DNA from: Ionaspis alba
Taxonomy: Eukaryota
NCBI GenBank assembly: GCA_964255285.1
Contig: CAXUUL010000083.1
Coordinates: forward strand, 1-34,794
Direction: 5' to 3'
DNA length: 34,794 nt
This document shows, piece after piece, positions 11,279 to 22,983 of this stretch. The position numbers and the translations under genes are program-made. The notes beneath the pieces were generated by a model. The model was not told the origin of the DNA. It ran no database searches and saw only the letters and a list, made by a program, of their open reading frames with translations. The stretch's first letter is position 1, and the number at the start of each line of letters is the position of its first letter.

Positions 11279-12486
11279 ATGTCGGCCAAGAACGTCCATG
11301 GGCCTGGAGGCAAAAAGCCCTCCTCGGCGGCCACCAATCTTATCGGTATTTGAGTCCCTTCTGAACCGGGCTCTTCTCGGAGCTCTGATCACTGACAATT
11401 GCGGATAGCTGGTGGGGGGGCTGGCATGATGGAGGCTCTTGTGTGCCATCCTCTAGGTTGGTCGTCCCGTTACTGGTAATGGGACAACGCTGAACCGCTC
11501 CCGCAGATACGATCAAAGTCCGCATGCAGCTCTCACGGCGCGCGCGAGCTCCTGGGGCATGTCGTCCCCGCTTCGATCTACTTTCTTTAGCTTAGCGATG
11601 GTGCTGACCATAACCGTCCGTAGGCAAAGAGGCGCGGCTTCTTGACTACGGGAAAGGAGATTGTCAAGCGGGAAACTCCACTCGGATTATACAAAGGTCT
11701 TGGCGCCGTTGTGACGGGTATTGTACCTAAGATGGCAATACGGTTTACGTCCTACGAGTGGTATAAACAGCTTCTCGCAGACAAGGAAACTGGCGCCGTG
11801 AGTGGCCAAGCAACGTTCATCGGTGTGACCTTCGTCATTCTGCGCGATGCTATGGCTGATTCTTGTCTGCAGCTGGCCTAGCAGCAGGAGTGACAGAAGC
11901 GGTTGCCGTCGTCACTCCGATGGAAGTTGTCAAGATTCGACTGCAAGCTCAACATCACTCCATGGCCGATCCACTCGACATTCCCAAATATCGAAACGCC
12001 GCACATGCCATGTATACTGTGCTCAAAGAAGAGGGCATCGGGGCTCTTTACCGAGGAATCTCTTTGACCGCTCTCCGACAAGGCTCGAACCAAGCCGTCA
12101 ATTTCACTGCATATTCGGAATTTAAAGCACTTTTGCAAAAGTGGCAACCTGCTTATCATGACAGTGAGCTGCCTAGTTACCAAACCATGGTCATAGGGCT
12201 TGTCAGTGGGGCAATGGGACCACTGAGCAATGCTCCTATCGATACCATAAAAACCCGACTCCAAAAAACACCTGGAATGCCTGGCGAGACTGCCATCTCC
12301 AGAGTCACGGCTATCGCCAGAGACATGTTCAAGCAAGAGGGCTTCCATGCTTTCTATAAGGGCATCACACCTAGGATCATGAGAGTGGCGCCGGGGCAAG
12401 CCGTGACCTTCACTGTCTACGAGTTTTTGAAGGAAAAACTGGAAGCAAGTAGCCTTGCGATTGTTGGCGGAAGGTACGAGGAGTGA
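11279..12486 (+). CDS. SFC1: Mitochondrial succinate/fumarate carrier (Sfc1/Acr1/AcuL type); exons 11279-11345, 11409-11456, 11507-11556, 11624-11822, 11873-12486; third intron is GC-AG
   Basis: Three carrier signatures (HPLDTIKVRMQ, TPMEVVKIRLQ, APIDTIKTRLQ) and Sfc1-type motifs NLIAGGGAGMMEALVC, GIVPKMAIRF, RQGSNQAVNF and PRIMRVAPGQAVTF. Confidence 0.93.
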
Positions 12487-13011
12487 AGCGGTGAACGAGG
12501 AGACCTGCGGGGAGTACGATTAGAATCTGTAAGTTTCTGCAGCTGATATGGGAGGCGATTTTGATTCTCAATGCCTGTGGTTGAGTAGTCTTCAAACTAT
12601 AGTGGTGAAATGGGGGAAAGGATCACTTCGGCATTGTTGGAGCCTCGAGAAAACCCGAATGCATTTTACATGTACTATCCGTGACTTGTTATTGATCGGG
12701 CCCCGACTCAGCACACAGGCTGCAGACTGCAGTCCGATAGTGCATAGCAATCGCCATGGAATTACTGAGAAGATGACCAATCTGAAGATGGCTTCATCCT
12801 ACGGTCGTCTCGTCTCAGCTTTGCATAGGATATCTTGCCGAAACTTACTTAATAGCCCCATATGCTCCGATACTTGCAACTTGTAACCTCTACAGGGTTG
12901 GTTTGAACGACAAGGCTACTTCATCTATCCCTGAATTTCGACACTTCTCCCTCATCATGTCATCTTCTTACTTGAGCCGCTTGCCACACCTATTGCGACT
13001 TTCTAATTCAG

Positions 13012-13839
13012 TCACTCGCCCGAGCGCTTCCGTTCCCACATTTCGACCTCCCATTGAATAGCGTCGCTGCCTGGCTCTGTGTCTCTTCGTGGTACCTCTT
13101 CACCGACCCAGTCATCTAATTCCGACTTGGATCGCTTCACCCAAGTACCCTTGATCTCGTGCTTCGGATCGTTCTGCGTGCAATTTGATTGTAAATCACC
13201 CACATGGGTATCGTTCAGCCTAATGGGGAAGAAAACATCACAATCCCATTCACCTCCCACCTTGGTTAGTAAGATTCGGTCACAAATGTCCAACTGCAAA
13301 GCAGCAGCATATATCTCAGCTCCCCCGATGACAAAGATTTTTGACAGCTGTGGAGGGTGCGTAGCTCTGTCTCTTCCCCGGCCCTCGAGGCTGCGGGGAC
13401 CGTAATATCCAAGTAAAGTTGTGATACCCGTGGATATGCTGGACACTGCGAATGCAGCTGGGCTTTCGACAATCGGGGTTCGTGGCGCAGGCGTTTGTGT
13501 CGGTATGCCCGGCGAGCAGTCGAGGACGATCGTGTCTGGCGAGCGGCTCACAACAACATTGACACGATTACGAAGCGGGCGAAGTTGTGGAGGTATTGAA
13601 TCCCAAGTCTTTCGCCCCATAATCACGGCATTGATCGACTCGGAAGGAGCAGACGGCGCAGGACGACTGGTGACGCGAGCAAAGTACGCCATTTCCGCCT
13701 TGATCTTTGGCCACGGCAATGTTCCACCACGACCAATTCCCATGTTGTGGGCAGTGGCAACAATGAGGGTCAGGGAGGGCCGAGCGCTCATGTTCAACTT
13801 AGAATCGTTTGATTCTGAGTAAGTCGAACCGGTCGACAT
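13012..13839 (-). CDS. DFR1: Dihydrofolate reductase (intronless; alternative start at 13791)
   Basis: Motifs LIVATAHNMGIGRGGTLPW, EMAYFARVT, NAVIMGRKTWDSIP, RPLRNRVNVVVSR, IFVIGGAEIY and CDVFFP. Confidence 0.96.
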   Translation of the reverse strand: MSTGSTYSESNDSKLNMSARPSLTLIVATAHNMGIGRGGTLPWPKIKAEMAYFARVTSRPAPSAPSESINAVIMGRKTWDSIPPQLRPLRNRVNVVVSRSPDTIVLDCSPGIPTQTPAPRTPIVESPAAFAVSSISTGITTLLGYYGPRSLEGRGRDRATHPPQLSKIFVIGGAEIYAAALQLDICDRILLTKVGGEWDCDVFFPIRLNDTHVGDLQSNCTQNDPKHEIKGTWVKRSKSELDDWVGEEVPRRDTEPGSDAIQWEVEMWERKRSGE

Positions 13840-15024
13840 TGTTGTGTAGCTGTGAGGTAGAGATTGTTAATGAAGCTGGATCTACTACATAAACGGTACT
13901 ATGGCCTTCGGGTGCACAAATTATTATCAATCGATAGAGTGAGCTAATTTGAGTGGGAAAGAAGGCAAACATGTAATGCGGGAAAGGTTAATAACCTTTG
14001 GAAAGTGCATTCTATATGCTGGTCTAATGGCCCACAAACGCCCTCTGTCCCCTACACCATTTGACAATCGATGTCCTAGGATTCCGTAGTCTTCTATGCG
14101 ATCCAACATTCGTCGAAACGACCAGTAAGACTTTTGCACGGGCTTCTTATTTAGCTTTCCAAAGCAGATTCCTGCTGTATCTCCCTCTCACGCTCGACCA
14201 AGTTGGCCAGACCTTCCACAATAGTCCTTGCATGCTGTTCCGTCTTTACCACTGTGTCCATGCCCCCCAGAGTATCGAGCCGTCCAAACAGCCACGCCTC
14301 TTTCATCGATCGAGTAAGAAACAACACGTCTTCAGCAGCACGGATCTTTGCTCATGATCAGCTTCTTGTGCTGTAAAGTCGGGCCGTAAATCCTACACAT
14401 AATGATTAGACATGGATGAAGCTTACCAGGGCCGCAGTCTCAACTTCTATCTGGTACGTCTGCACTGCAGTGGTATTCCGATCAATATCTTCGACCTATA
14501 AATGGGTCAATGATTGGTTCCCGAGCTATGAACGATTGATCCTGGACAGGTGCTCGTACTGGTACCAGGGCCACGATGTTCTCAAAGCGGCGGAGAAGTT
14601 GAGCAATATTGGCATTGGCGCTGTCTGAGACACGTAAGACGTCGAGAGAACATTTATCATAAGACAAGGAGGTCCTTGCTAACCTATCAAGGCTCCAGAG
14701 CTGCGCTGGGAAGAGAGATCCATTATACAAAGACTGAATGCTTCCGCATTACCCAGATGTCGCAGTTAGAAGGAGCTACTGTAGGATAAATAACGTGGGA
14801 GAGGCTTCCAACAAGTGATACCACGAATAGGACGGTACATGCTTCCGATTTACATGACACTCTGGAGCAATGAGGAACGAGGAGTGACATTGTAATTTTG
14901 CTACGCGGGGATTGTAGGTAATTTTACACACTAGCGAGCGTTAAACGTTCCCACTCGAGACATCGTATTGAATTCGTCCTTTTCCGCATTGACAGGAAAT
15001 CAATCCAACCAAAGCGACAACAGG

Positions 15025-16080
15025 ATGACGGACGTACAACTGTAGAGTCCTGATCGTACTACTTGGAGAAGTGACGCCGCTCATCTATTCATGGCAGGAT
15101 GATAGCGTCCGCTGTCATACTTCCCGAACCATTGGAACAAGCTCTCTCTTCTACTGCCCCAAGCACGCCGAGACAGTCTTCGTCTTCAACCGGCCGAGAC
15201 AAAAGGGCACGACTGGAGGATGATGAAACAGTCACCAATGTCAATCTCGGACCGTCCGGCCAAGTGGCTGATCTCTCAACATCGACACGGCAGGTAAATG
15301 GACGGCTTGAGGAGCGCAAGCGTGGGAAAAGATTGTTCGGTGCTCTGCTCGGTACCCTTGCACAGAGCTCATCGTCAACAGCACATGCACGCCGTCTAAG
15401 CATTGAACACAAGCAGCAAGCTAAGTTAAAGCTGCAAGCCGAGGAAGACGACGAGAAGAAGAAACATCGCTTAGAGGTTCTCATGGGAATGCGGCGGCAA
15501 GAGCAGCAGAAATACTCCAAGCAATCCGTGGGCTCTCATACCAAGACTGGCTGGTTACTTTCTTTGCTGAACCTTGATTAGCTGCAGATACGACATTCCA
15601 ATCTTCTAGCCATGTCCCGCTTCCTTCGGACCAAGGCAGCACCGAGTCTAGTCAGTGTTGATTCCCAAGTCACATGTCCAGCACTGATGTGTCGTAAAGT
15701 ATTATATGCCCTGGGAGCTCTTACCTGGGGACGAAGCCAGGATCGAGTCGCAAGTCGAGGAGGCCGAAGCTATTGTCGGAAAAGAAACGTCGACTTTTGG
15801 AGAACCTCCTACAGAAGTTGCCACCACAAACGTTGCGATCTTTGATGATGTGACGGAGAGGTCCAATCTCGATGCCGATGATTGCCTGGAAACGATGGGT
15901 CTAGAAAGCAGCAAAAAACGACCTAACGACGCTGCAAAATTAGTTACTACTGCCGAACAGCATGCGTTGGCTTCTTGCAGTAGAAATCAAGCCCGGAGAT
16001 CATCCGAAAGCTCGAAAGATCTTGCAGACGATGGTGGGGAGGTGATGGTGGAAGGGGATGAAGACACGGTGATTTACTGA
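15025..16080 (+). CDS. Pinin/SDK/memA-domain protein; exons (15025-15041 tentative), 15098-15527, 15582-15650, 15700-16080
   Basis: Pinin-type motif EERKRGKRLFGALLGTLAQ, a coiled coil, IRHSNLLAMSRFLRTKAAPSLYYMPWELL, and the acidic end GEVMVEGDEDTVIY*. The first exon and start are uncertain (weak GTAGAG donor; the ATG at 15099 is an alternative). Confidence 0.82.
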
Positions 16081-16780
16081 TCGACTAGCTCGAAACCGTG
16101 GCGCTGCGTCCCTGGCATAGCTCTAGGTTGCTTTGTGCCAGTGAGGTGCTCGATCCAGAAACGTCCCAATTCCCTGACCCTGATCTGTGCAATTAGGCTG
16201 GCCTCGTCACAGACCTCAACGCTGCAATATACGGAGGTGTAATCTATGCCTGTGTCATAGAATACGGACGATACTCCCCCGAAAGTACCACGGATGAAGC
16301 ATGACGTCCCAAGCATAACCAGAGCAGTCTCCGTGGTCAGGAGAATCACCTACTATTTCAAATACGAATGGTGTGCCTGAGTATATATAATTCGACTTTT
16401 CAGTCAACATTTGGTGATTGATTTCATAGTGGAGAGATTCAAGATATAAATCTTGAACCAGTCCGTGAATTTGTCCAAAGATAAGGAGGAGCCTGCTACA
16501 GAATCTGGGAAGCTTTACTCAGTGCAGCCACAAGCTTCTTGCTCAGGTCAAGTCGTAGAGAATTGTCTTGTCAGCAAATGACTTCTGGATATTTGAGACG
16601 CTGCTTGCGTTCCCGAGCAGTGCACAAAGTCCATTGTCGGGTCTCTCAAACTATAGTAACCTTCCAGCTCGAGCCACCCCAGCACTACCTCGATAGTGAG
16701 ACTTGAATTACTGGCATATTACAGATCATAGTACAGAGACTTCGTCGAGCGCAGGTATACATGACATCTAGGAATTCATG

Positions 16781-16824
16781 CCGAGGGATGTAGCAGATGG
16801 CACGGACATATCTTAATTCCGAGG
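16781..16824 (+). promoter_or_regulatory. Two CCGAGG (FarA/FarB-type) sites upstream of the epoxide hydrolase
   Basis: CCGAGG at 16781-16786 and 16819-16824, 100-145 bp before the ATG at 16925. Confidence 0.45.
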
Positions 16825-16924
16825 CTCCTACCCGTCAACATATACCATCTTTTCCTCGCGGACTCCAAGCCCTACAACAGTCTAAGAATTCCAGAGAAAG
16901 AGCTCCAAACCCGCCGTTGCAGAC

Positions 16925-18313
16925 ATGGGAGTAGACGTAATTGATGTGCTTGACGACAAGAGGATTGCTCATCATACAGCAGAACTCAATGGACGAAATT
17001 ACCGTGCGTTGTAATGCAGCGTTAGCTTGTCCTGAAGCTGTAAGGTGACTCACAATCGCAGATTATTTGCTTGGCCTTCCTCAGGGAAATTATCGAGCTA
17101 CTGTCGTGCTGGTGAGCCAATCTGTGTCCCCAGCCTTGGATCAAAAGATTAATCGAAGCGAAGATACACGGATGGCCAGATATTTCTATGGGATGGCGTT
17201 ATCAGATCCCTATGCTGCTCTCGCAAGGCCTACGAGTCGTTTGTCCTGATCTCATGGGGTTCGGTCAAACGGTATGGTCACACGCTTAATCATGCGCTCC
17301 CATAGATTGACAATGCTGTAGGATGCTCCTCCTGTACCGCCGGAACCCTTATCGTCCTATGGCTTTAAAAGGGCTGCTGACGATATCAAAGAACTGGCGA
17401 AGCAGCTTGATGCTCCAAAAATCATTTTGGGGGGCCATGACTGGTACCGAGTACCGACCTCTGAGATGTGTTACCTAGACTAAAGGGTAATAGGGGAGGC
17501 GCTGTCGTCTATCGTATCGCTCTGTGGTACCCCACACTTGTCACACATCTGTTCAGCGTGTGCACTCCTTACTGGCCTCCATCAAAGCAGTACATATCTC
17601 TGGAGGATCTAGTCAAGACGGTCCTGCCCAATTTTGGATATCAGCTGCAGCTGGGTAGTGGAGTTGTCGAAAAAGCCATCTCCACCAAGGAAGAGATCAG
17701 ACAGTTCTTGAACAGCCTATACGGCGGCCGAGGTGCCCAAGGTGAAGTAGGATTTGACGTTGTCCAAGGGGCAAATTTCGAGAACCTTCCGAAGCTTGAT
17801 CCTACCCCTCTGTTAAGTCCAAAAGTATCGTCGTCCTCATGGTGAGCTGAAGTGGGATTGCAAATAATACAGCGCAGGAGATGAACTACTATGTCGAACA
17901 ATATGCTATCAACGGAATGCATGGTTGCTGCAAGTCCAACAACAACCTTCGTTTGGCGAATTCCTATACTAAATCGTAGGCGCAGTAAATTGGTACAGAA
18001 CTCGAGAGCTTAATTTCCGGGAGGACCTTATGTACGAGCACTGAGCGTAACGTGGTAAGTGGATAGTGCTAATGAAAAGCACAGGCTCGAGAAGACAACC
18101 ATAGAGATTCCCACCTTGTTCATTCAAGCAGCAAAAGACGCCGCTCTACCTCCAGCGTTGTCTGTTGGAATGGAAAAGTACTTTTCCTATCTGACCAAGC
18201 GCAACGTGCAGACAAGTCACTGGGCATTATGGGAAGCACCCGAACAACTTAATGATATGATCAAGCATTGGCTTGAGGCCACGGCTTTTGCTGGGGGCAA
18301 AAGCAGTCTTTGA
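16925..18313 (+). CDS. Soluble epoxide hydrolase (alpha/beta hydrolase) with PTS1-like C-terminus; exons 16925-17003, 17062-17111, 17164-17271, 17322-17443, 17494-17824, 17878-17929, 17986-18031, 18085-18313; intron 6 is GC-AG
   Basis: The spliced product has the oxyanion motif [16 protein letters not shown], the nucleophile elbow GGHDWGG, the lid motif LNWYRT and a catalytic His in TSHWALWE. It ends GGKSSL*. Confidence 0.92.
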
Positions 18314-18900
18314 CAGCCCGGAGCTCTCCTTGACGATGAGTCCAGTTATAGCTATGGCAAATCATCCGCATCGGTCTGCAAAAAGGAGTGCTCGGCTTGG
18401 TTCATATATCATAGGTACGTATAGCTCGCTCAGCTCTCGCTTGTCATGATGGAACGGATGGAGAGATTGAAATTTAAGGCGCACATATCGGTCTGTAGTT
18501 TCAGGCATTTAGTCGTATGGCAACTCATCCCGTCATCATTAGAGCATGGTGATCAGATATCAAGTGTGTTGCTTCTGTCCCAGAACTTTGTGAACCAGCC
18601 TCTGAACAGAGATCGAATATCCCTGCTCCGCTCGGCTTAGGGGTAATTCTTGCACCGAACTAATTTTCAACCACGTGACTGAGTCTATTATTATTATTGA
18701 TACACGGACTTTGCCGCTTAGCAATCGGGTTCTTCTGGTGACTTCTGTTCCTGGATGCTGAATACTGGACTCCAAATTGACGTATTCTGCGACTTCAAAT
18801 CTCGACGCTATTCATGCAACCCGTCCGTAATCTATATGTTTGTGTAGTTAGAACTACCTCTCTGCGCTGTCGACGTCTTTCAGGGTCATCGTAAAACGCC

Positions 18901-19338
18901 ATGTCTCGCCATCATCCGTGAGTTACCCTTTCACATGTATTAGGAGCTAGAAGCTAATCTATGACATTACAGAGATCTTGTCATGTGTCGGAAACAGGCT
19001 GGAATTGCGATAGGACGTCTGTGCGATAAATGCGATGGAAAGTGCCCTGTCTGTGACAGCTATGTCCGCCCAACAACTCTAGTACGAATCTGCGACGAAT
19101 GTTCGTTTGGCAACTATCAAAACAAGTGTGTAGTCTGTGGTGGTGAGGTACGTGACTTGGCCATTCTCGATTACGCTCTATTGTGCTAATATACGCTGAG
19201 CAGGGAATCTCGGATGCTTTCTATTGCTTCGAGTGTACACGCCTTGAGAAGGACCGCGACGGCTGCCCTAAAATCATCAACCTTGGATCTTCTCGGACAG
19301 ATCTGTTCTACCAAAAGAAATCTTTTAGGAACCATTAA
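18901..19338 (+). CDS. RDS3: SF3b splicing factor Rds3/Ini1/PHF5A; exons 18901-18917, 18973-19147, 19204-19338
   Basis: [39 protein letters not shown]...[39 protein letters not shown] is the near-invariant PHF5 sequence. Confidence 0.98.
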
Positions 19339-20364
19339 ACTTCACAGCTCTGCCGCTACCGCGGACCGGATCCTGTGCAATCTCAAGCCCTATAGGAGGA
19401 GAAGAGCTGCAATTCACAATCGTGAGAAGACCAAAAATTTCAACCCGGACCTCTTTTAAGGAAAGAAAAACTCTTCGAGCCCATCGACATTCTTCCTTGC
19501 TTGCGTATAATTCATGTGGCTTTGATGGAGGACTAGTCAGAAATGGCCCGCAGCTCTCATATCAATTCAGTTTGGATAGAAGATAGAGAGCTACCGAGGT
19601 TTCTGGCTGTCAGCATGATACAGCGACTATCGCGTTGCAATCCACAATAGGAAGATATGAAATACGCTCAGTAAATATGCAGGATCCGCTAGGTCATCTC
19701 GTCGGAGCAAAGAGACTAATGATAACAAAACGAGGTCGATCGGCACTGATAATGGCTTCAGAGAGTCGACAGTCACCAATGTTCTTTGCTTCTTAACTTG
19801 GCTCACGATTATGGAACAAATGCTGGACAACTCTTATTCGTACACTTAATCTTCTATGGCCTGTGAGACCTGCGGCGATCGTTAAGCTCTGAGCTAAACA
19901 GCAATCTGTTGATCAATCTCGCTCGCGGGCAGACTGGAATAAGCACATCACACTTGAGGTAGAATTCTCAGTTTTCCTGCCCATACACAACGTCATGCTG
20001 AGCAAGGCTAGAAGTTTGCTCTGCGTCCGTGGCCGATCGCGAGAGCCTGGCGCTATGATTGTCAACCATCATATTGCTTGTTTTGCATTTTTGTATGCTC
20101 CCACCACGGAAGAGGCGATATGAAGATCAGGCGTTTTTGTCGCTTTTGCAATTGCCCTACCGTAAATCATAACCAAGGCTGTCATAACACTAGCCCGGTT
20201 TGGTCATTCAGCATTGCAAAACAAAGCATGCTACTGATATCGTGGAATAGCTTCCGAGACTGCAACAAACTGAACACTCTGTTGGGTTTATCACCGTTGT
20301 ATGGCTTTGACCAATTCATCTTATTTCCAGTGATAGATTATGAAACCTGAAGCACAACCGAACA

Positions 20365-21799
20365 TCACAGATACGAGACCTTCACCCCTGCCCCCACTGT
20401 TCTCCTCAATCCATCCCAACTCAGAGTCCTGATCCTATCCAGTCTTTGCCTTATATCACGTCGACCGAAGGCTGATATCACGGCTACTAATAAGAAAATT
20501 GTCCTCAAGAGTATATACGGGCTTTTCGACACTGATTGCCCCAGGCGTGCAATTAACTGCTGCAACGTGGCAAGCAGAGCAACACATCGTCTAGAAAGGT
20601 TTCCTGCCTGTTCTCTCTTCACGTGTGTACGGGTTCGTGGCGTAGGGACAAACTTGGCTTGACTTTCTCTTGGCGGTCTTGAGGTCGTTGCATAGCCCGA
20701 ATCCGAATGCTTTCTCACGAAATTCACAGGAGTAAATTCGTCGATTCCATAATCTCTCTGGCTACCATCAGATCGTCTACAGCCGTTGAATCCATATTGT
20801 ATTTCTGGCAAGTCATTCGCCTTGGTACCTTGAGCAAGTTCTCTTGGGGACGGCCCATATCTCTCCTTTGTATGTTGCTCATCCTGGTCTGCCAGGACTT
20901 CAGCGTCTTGTTGTCGCACGGATCTTCTTTCATCCTCCAAGTCGTGTAGAGCTCGTAGAAGGTATTCTCGACGATCCTCATCTAAGACTTCTGACATATT
21001 GATGAATTCCTTGGCATATTCTAACTCGTCGTTCACGGGTAGAACGTGTAATACGTACAGCTCTAGAATCTTGAAATGGGAGTCGAGGTCTTGTGGGGTA
21101 TTGGTGCCGTTTGCTTGACACCCAAGTCCCAGTATTAACGTACTCTCATGACTCGTATCAATTGATGGGTCTACAAAGCCAGTGTTTGAGTGACTAGATG
21201 CTGCAAGATATGCTTCTATGCGCCGTTGGTTGGTAATCTGGGAAGGCGACTGGGAGAGTAAAAGCGTGATACTGTTAATGGTCAGCCTAGTAGGCAATGT
21301 GTGTTTCCGTAGGCTTCTGAGCTAACAGATTGGTGACCACATCAGGATCGAGACTGCCCTCTATTCCGTGGTACCCAACCCTGACCACATCGTCCCAGAT
21401 TGTCCCATCATGTACTTTTGCAGCCAAGGTCATCCACTCCTGACTTCCAAATGCATGTTTTCCCTCTTCGTATCCAAGTTCAATGACGGCGTTTAAGACG
21501 GTAAGATATAGCTTCCAGACCTTGACCCTCGTACTTCGATCAGTAGTGGCGATTGGTGGTACAGAGGGCTCAGCAGTGCCAGCTTGGATCTCGTCGACAG
21601 GTTGAGGGCAGTGGAGCAGCGGTGTCAGAGCGCGAAGCGCCTCGGGTAATCGACGAGTGAGGAAAAGTGCAGAGGCTTGTTTGTAAGACTTGGATGCGAG
21701 AGTGTTGCTTCGTTTCGAGCCGGAACGAGAGATGAATGACTTAGATGGCTGTGATTCTGCGGCGGGAGCTGCTACATTGCTTGGTGGACAATTCATCAT
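20365..21799 (-). CDS. PEX26: Peroxin Pex26 (tail-anchored Pex1/Pex6 recruiter); exons 21799-21327, 21271-20365
   Basis: Fungal Pex26-type motifs SKSYKQASALFLTRRLPEAL, RVKVWKLYLTVLNAV, ILELYVLHVLP and EFINMSEVLDEDRRE, plus a C-terminal hydrophobic segment and the tail TVGAGVKVSYL*. Intron GTTAGC...GCTGAC...AACAG. Confidence 0.88.
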
Positions 21800-22983
21800 T
21801 GCAGAGCAGCAGAGCTACATTCGCGCGAGCACAGGGCGAAGGGGGATGAGCGTCCGAATCGACGGGGCCACGACGCGCGACGAACTGTGGCCACTCGTTT
21901 TCCGCTACAGTAGCACACTTTCCACATGATTGCTAGCAAACCGGGGATCCTTTGGGGGAATACCCCCTGTTATGACAATCCCCATGTGCTCTACTCCGAT
22001 AGCTAGGGGCCGAAGGCGCTCGAGGGCTTCTTCGACGCGACCACCTATAACCTCAAACACTGAGGAGCTCCCGCCAGGATCTCGCGGAGGGTCTTTGTTT
22101 CGCCGTTCCGCTTGTCGTTCACCCCTTGCATCTGTCTCGCCCACTCTCAGGCTACGATACCTTCTAGCTGAATCGTTGATCACGATACGCGCCATCGTGG
22201 GCCTGATGCAGCTACGGAAAGTGCTTTTCGCGTTCATACGAATACTATCTATATGTCGACAAAGGCCGTAGGTGACAATCGTCTCCTGCTGGGGGACCAT
22301 CGAACTTGGTCACCATACGATATATCAATTAGTGCCTAGAAAGAGTTGCTTCATGTTACGGATCTCGAAGCCGGCCTGCCAGGACACCGCTGTGGCCTTG
22401 TCTTTATCTCGACGAGCGGTCCGGTACTGGGCTGCGCCACAGTGAATAGGTTAATATGGATGCAGCACAGTTCACAGTACCAATGATACATCCTGCATAG
22501 CTATCACTAGGTATGTTACTACCACCGACAGGGTTTGTTACTCGCTCGCTGTGTCCTTCGGCTTGGACTTGCTGTGACACTGTGTTCTCGTTTGGATGCA
22601 TAAGCAGAACAAAACAAAAGACAGAGTAGAAGTTTTGTGCGTACTGGGCTCAGTCATATTGTCTTACTGACCTACGAAGCTGAAGTAATTTTTATTGATG
22701 CGGCAATCTCTTTCATTACAAACGTAATAAGAAAGAATAACATTGTCCGCTTGATTTTGATAACACATTCAGCCCCAAACCCTAGACAAACTTCTACCCG
22801 GAAGTCGTTTCCTAACTCGTCCAGTTGCCCTGGAGCCTAGAATTTTCTACATCACAACACAGAACCCTTCCTCACCCGATATCTTACTTGCATCGACAGC
22901 AGAAGCTAAGTCCGCGAAAATCGGTTTCAGGCGGGTTACAGAGGCCATATCGTGTTGCCCACAAGTACTTGTCCCTCCCAAGG

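Noticed and set aside
13003..13014. DHFR stop context TGA CTG as cryptic peroxisomal readthrough
   Set aside because: It is not the TGA CTA motif, and the extension would be only X-L-N-stop, which is not a PTS1.
6750..13839. Cofactor-biosynthesis gene cluster (THI6 plus DHFR)
   Set aside because: The pathways are unrelated and the genes are separated by twinfilin and SFC1. This is ordinary housekeeping gene order.
13900..14800. Short ORFs between DHFR and the pinin gene
   Set aside because: No recognisable motifs or consistent splice model; treated as divergent promoter/intergenic DNA.
18550..18580. ATCAAGTGT resembling the U2 snRNA branch-pairing region
   Set aside because: The essential GTAGTA and flanking U2 sequence are absent.
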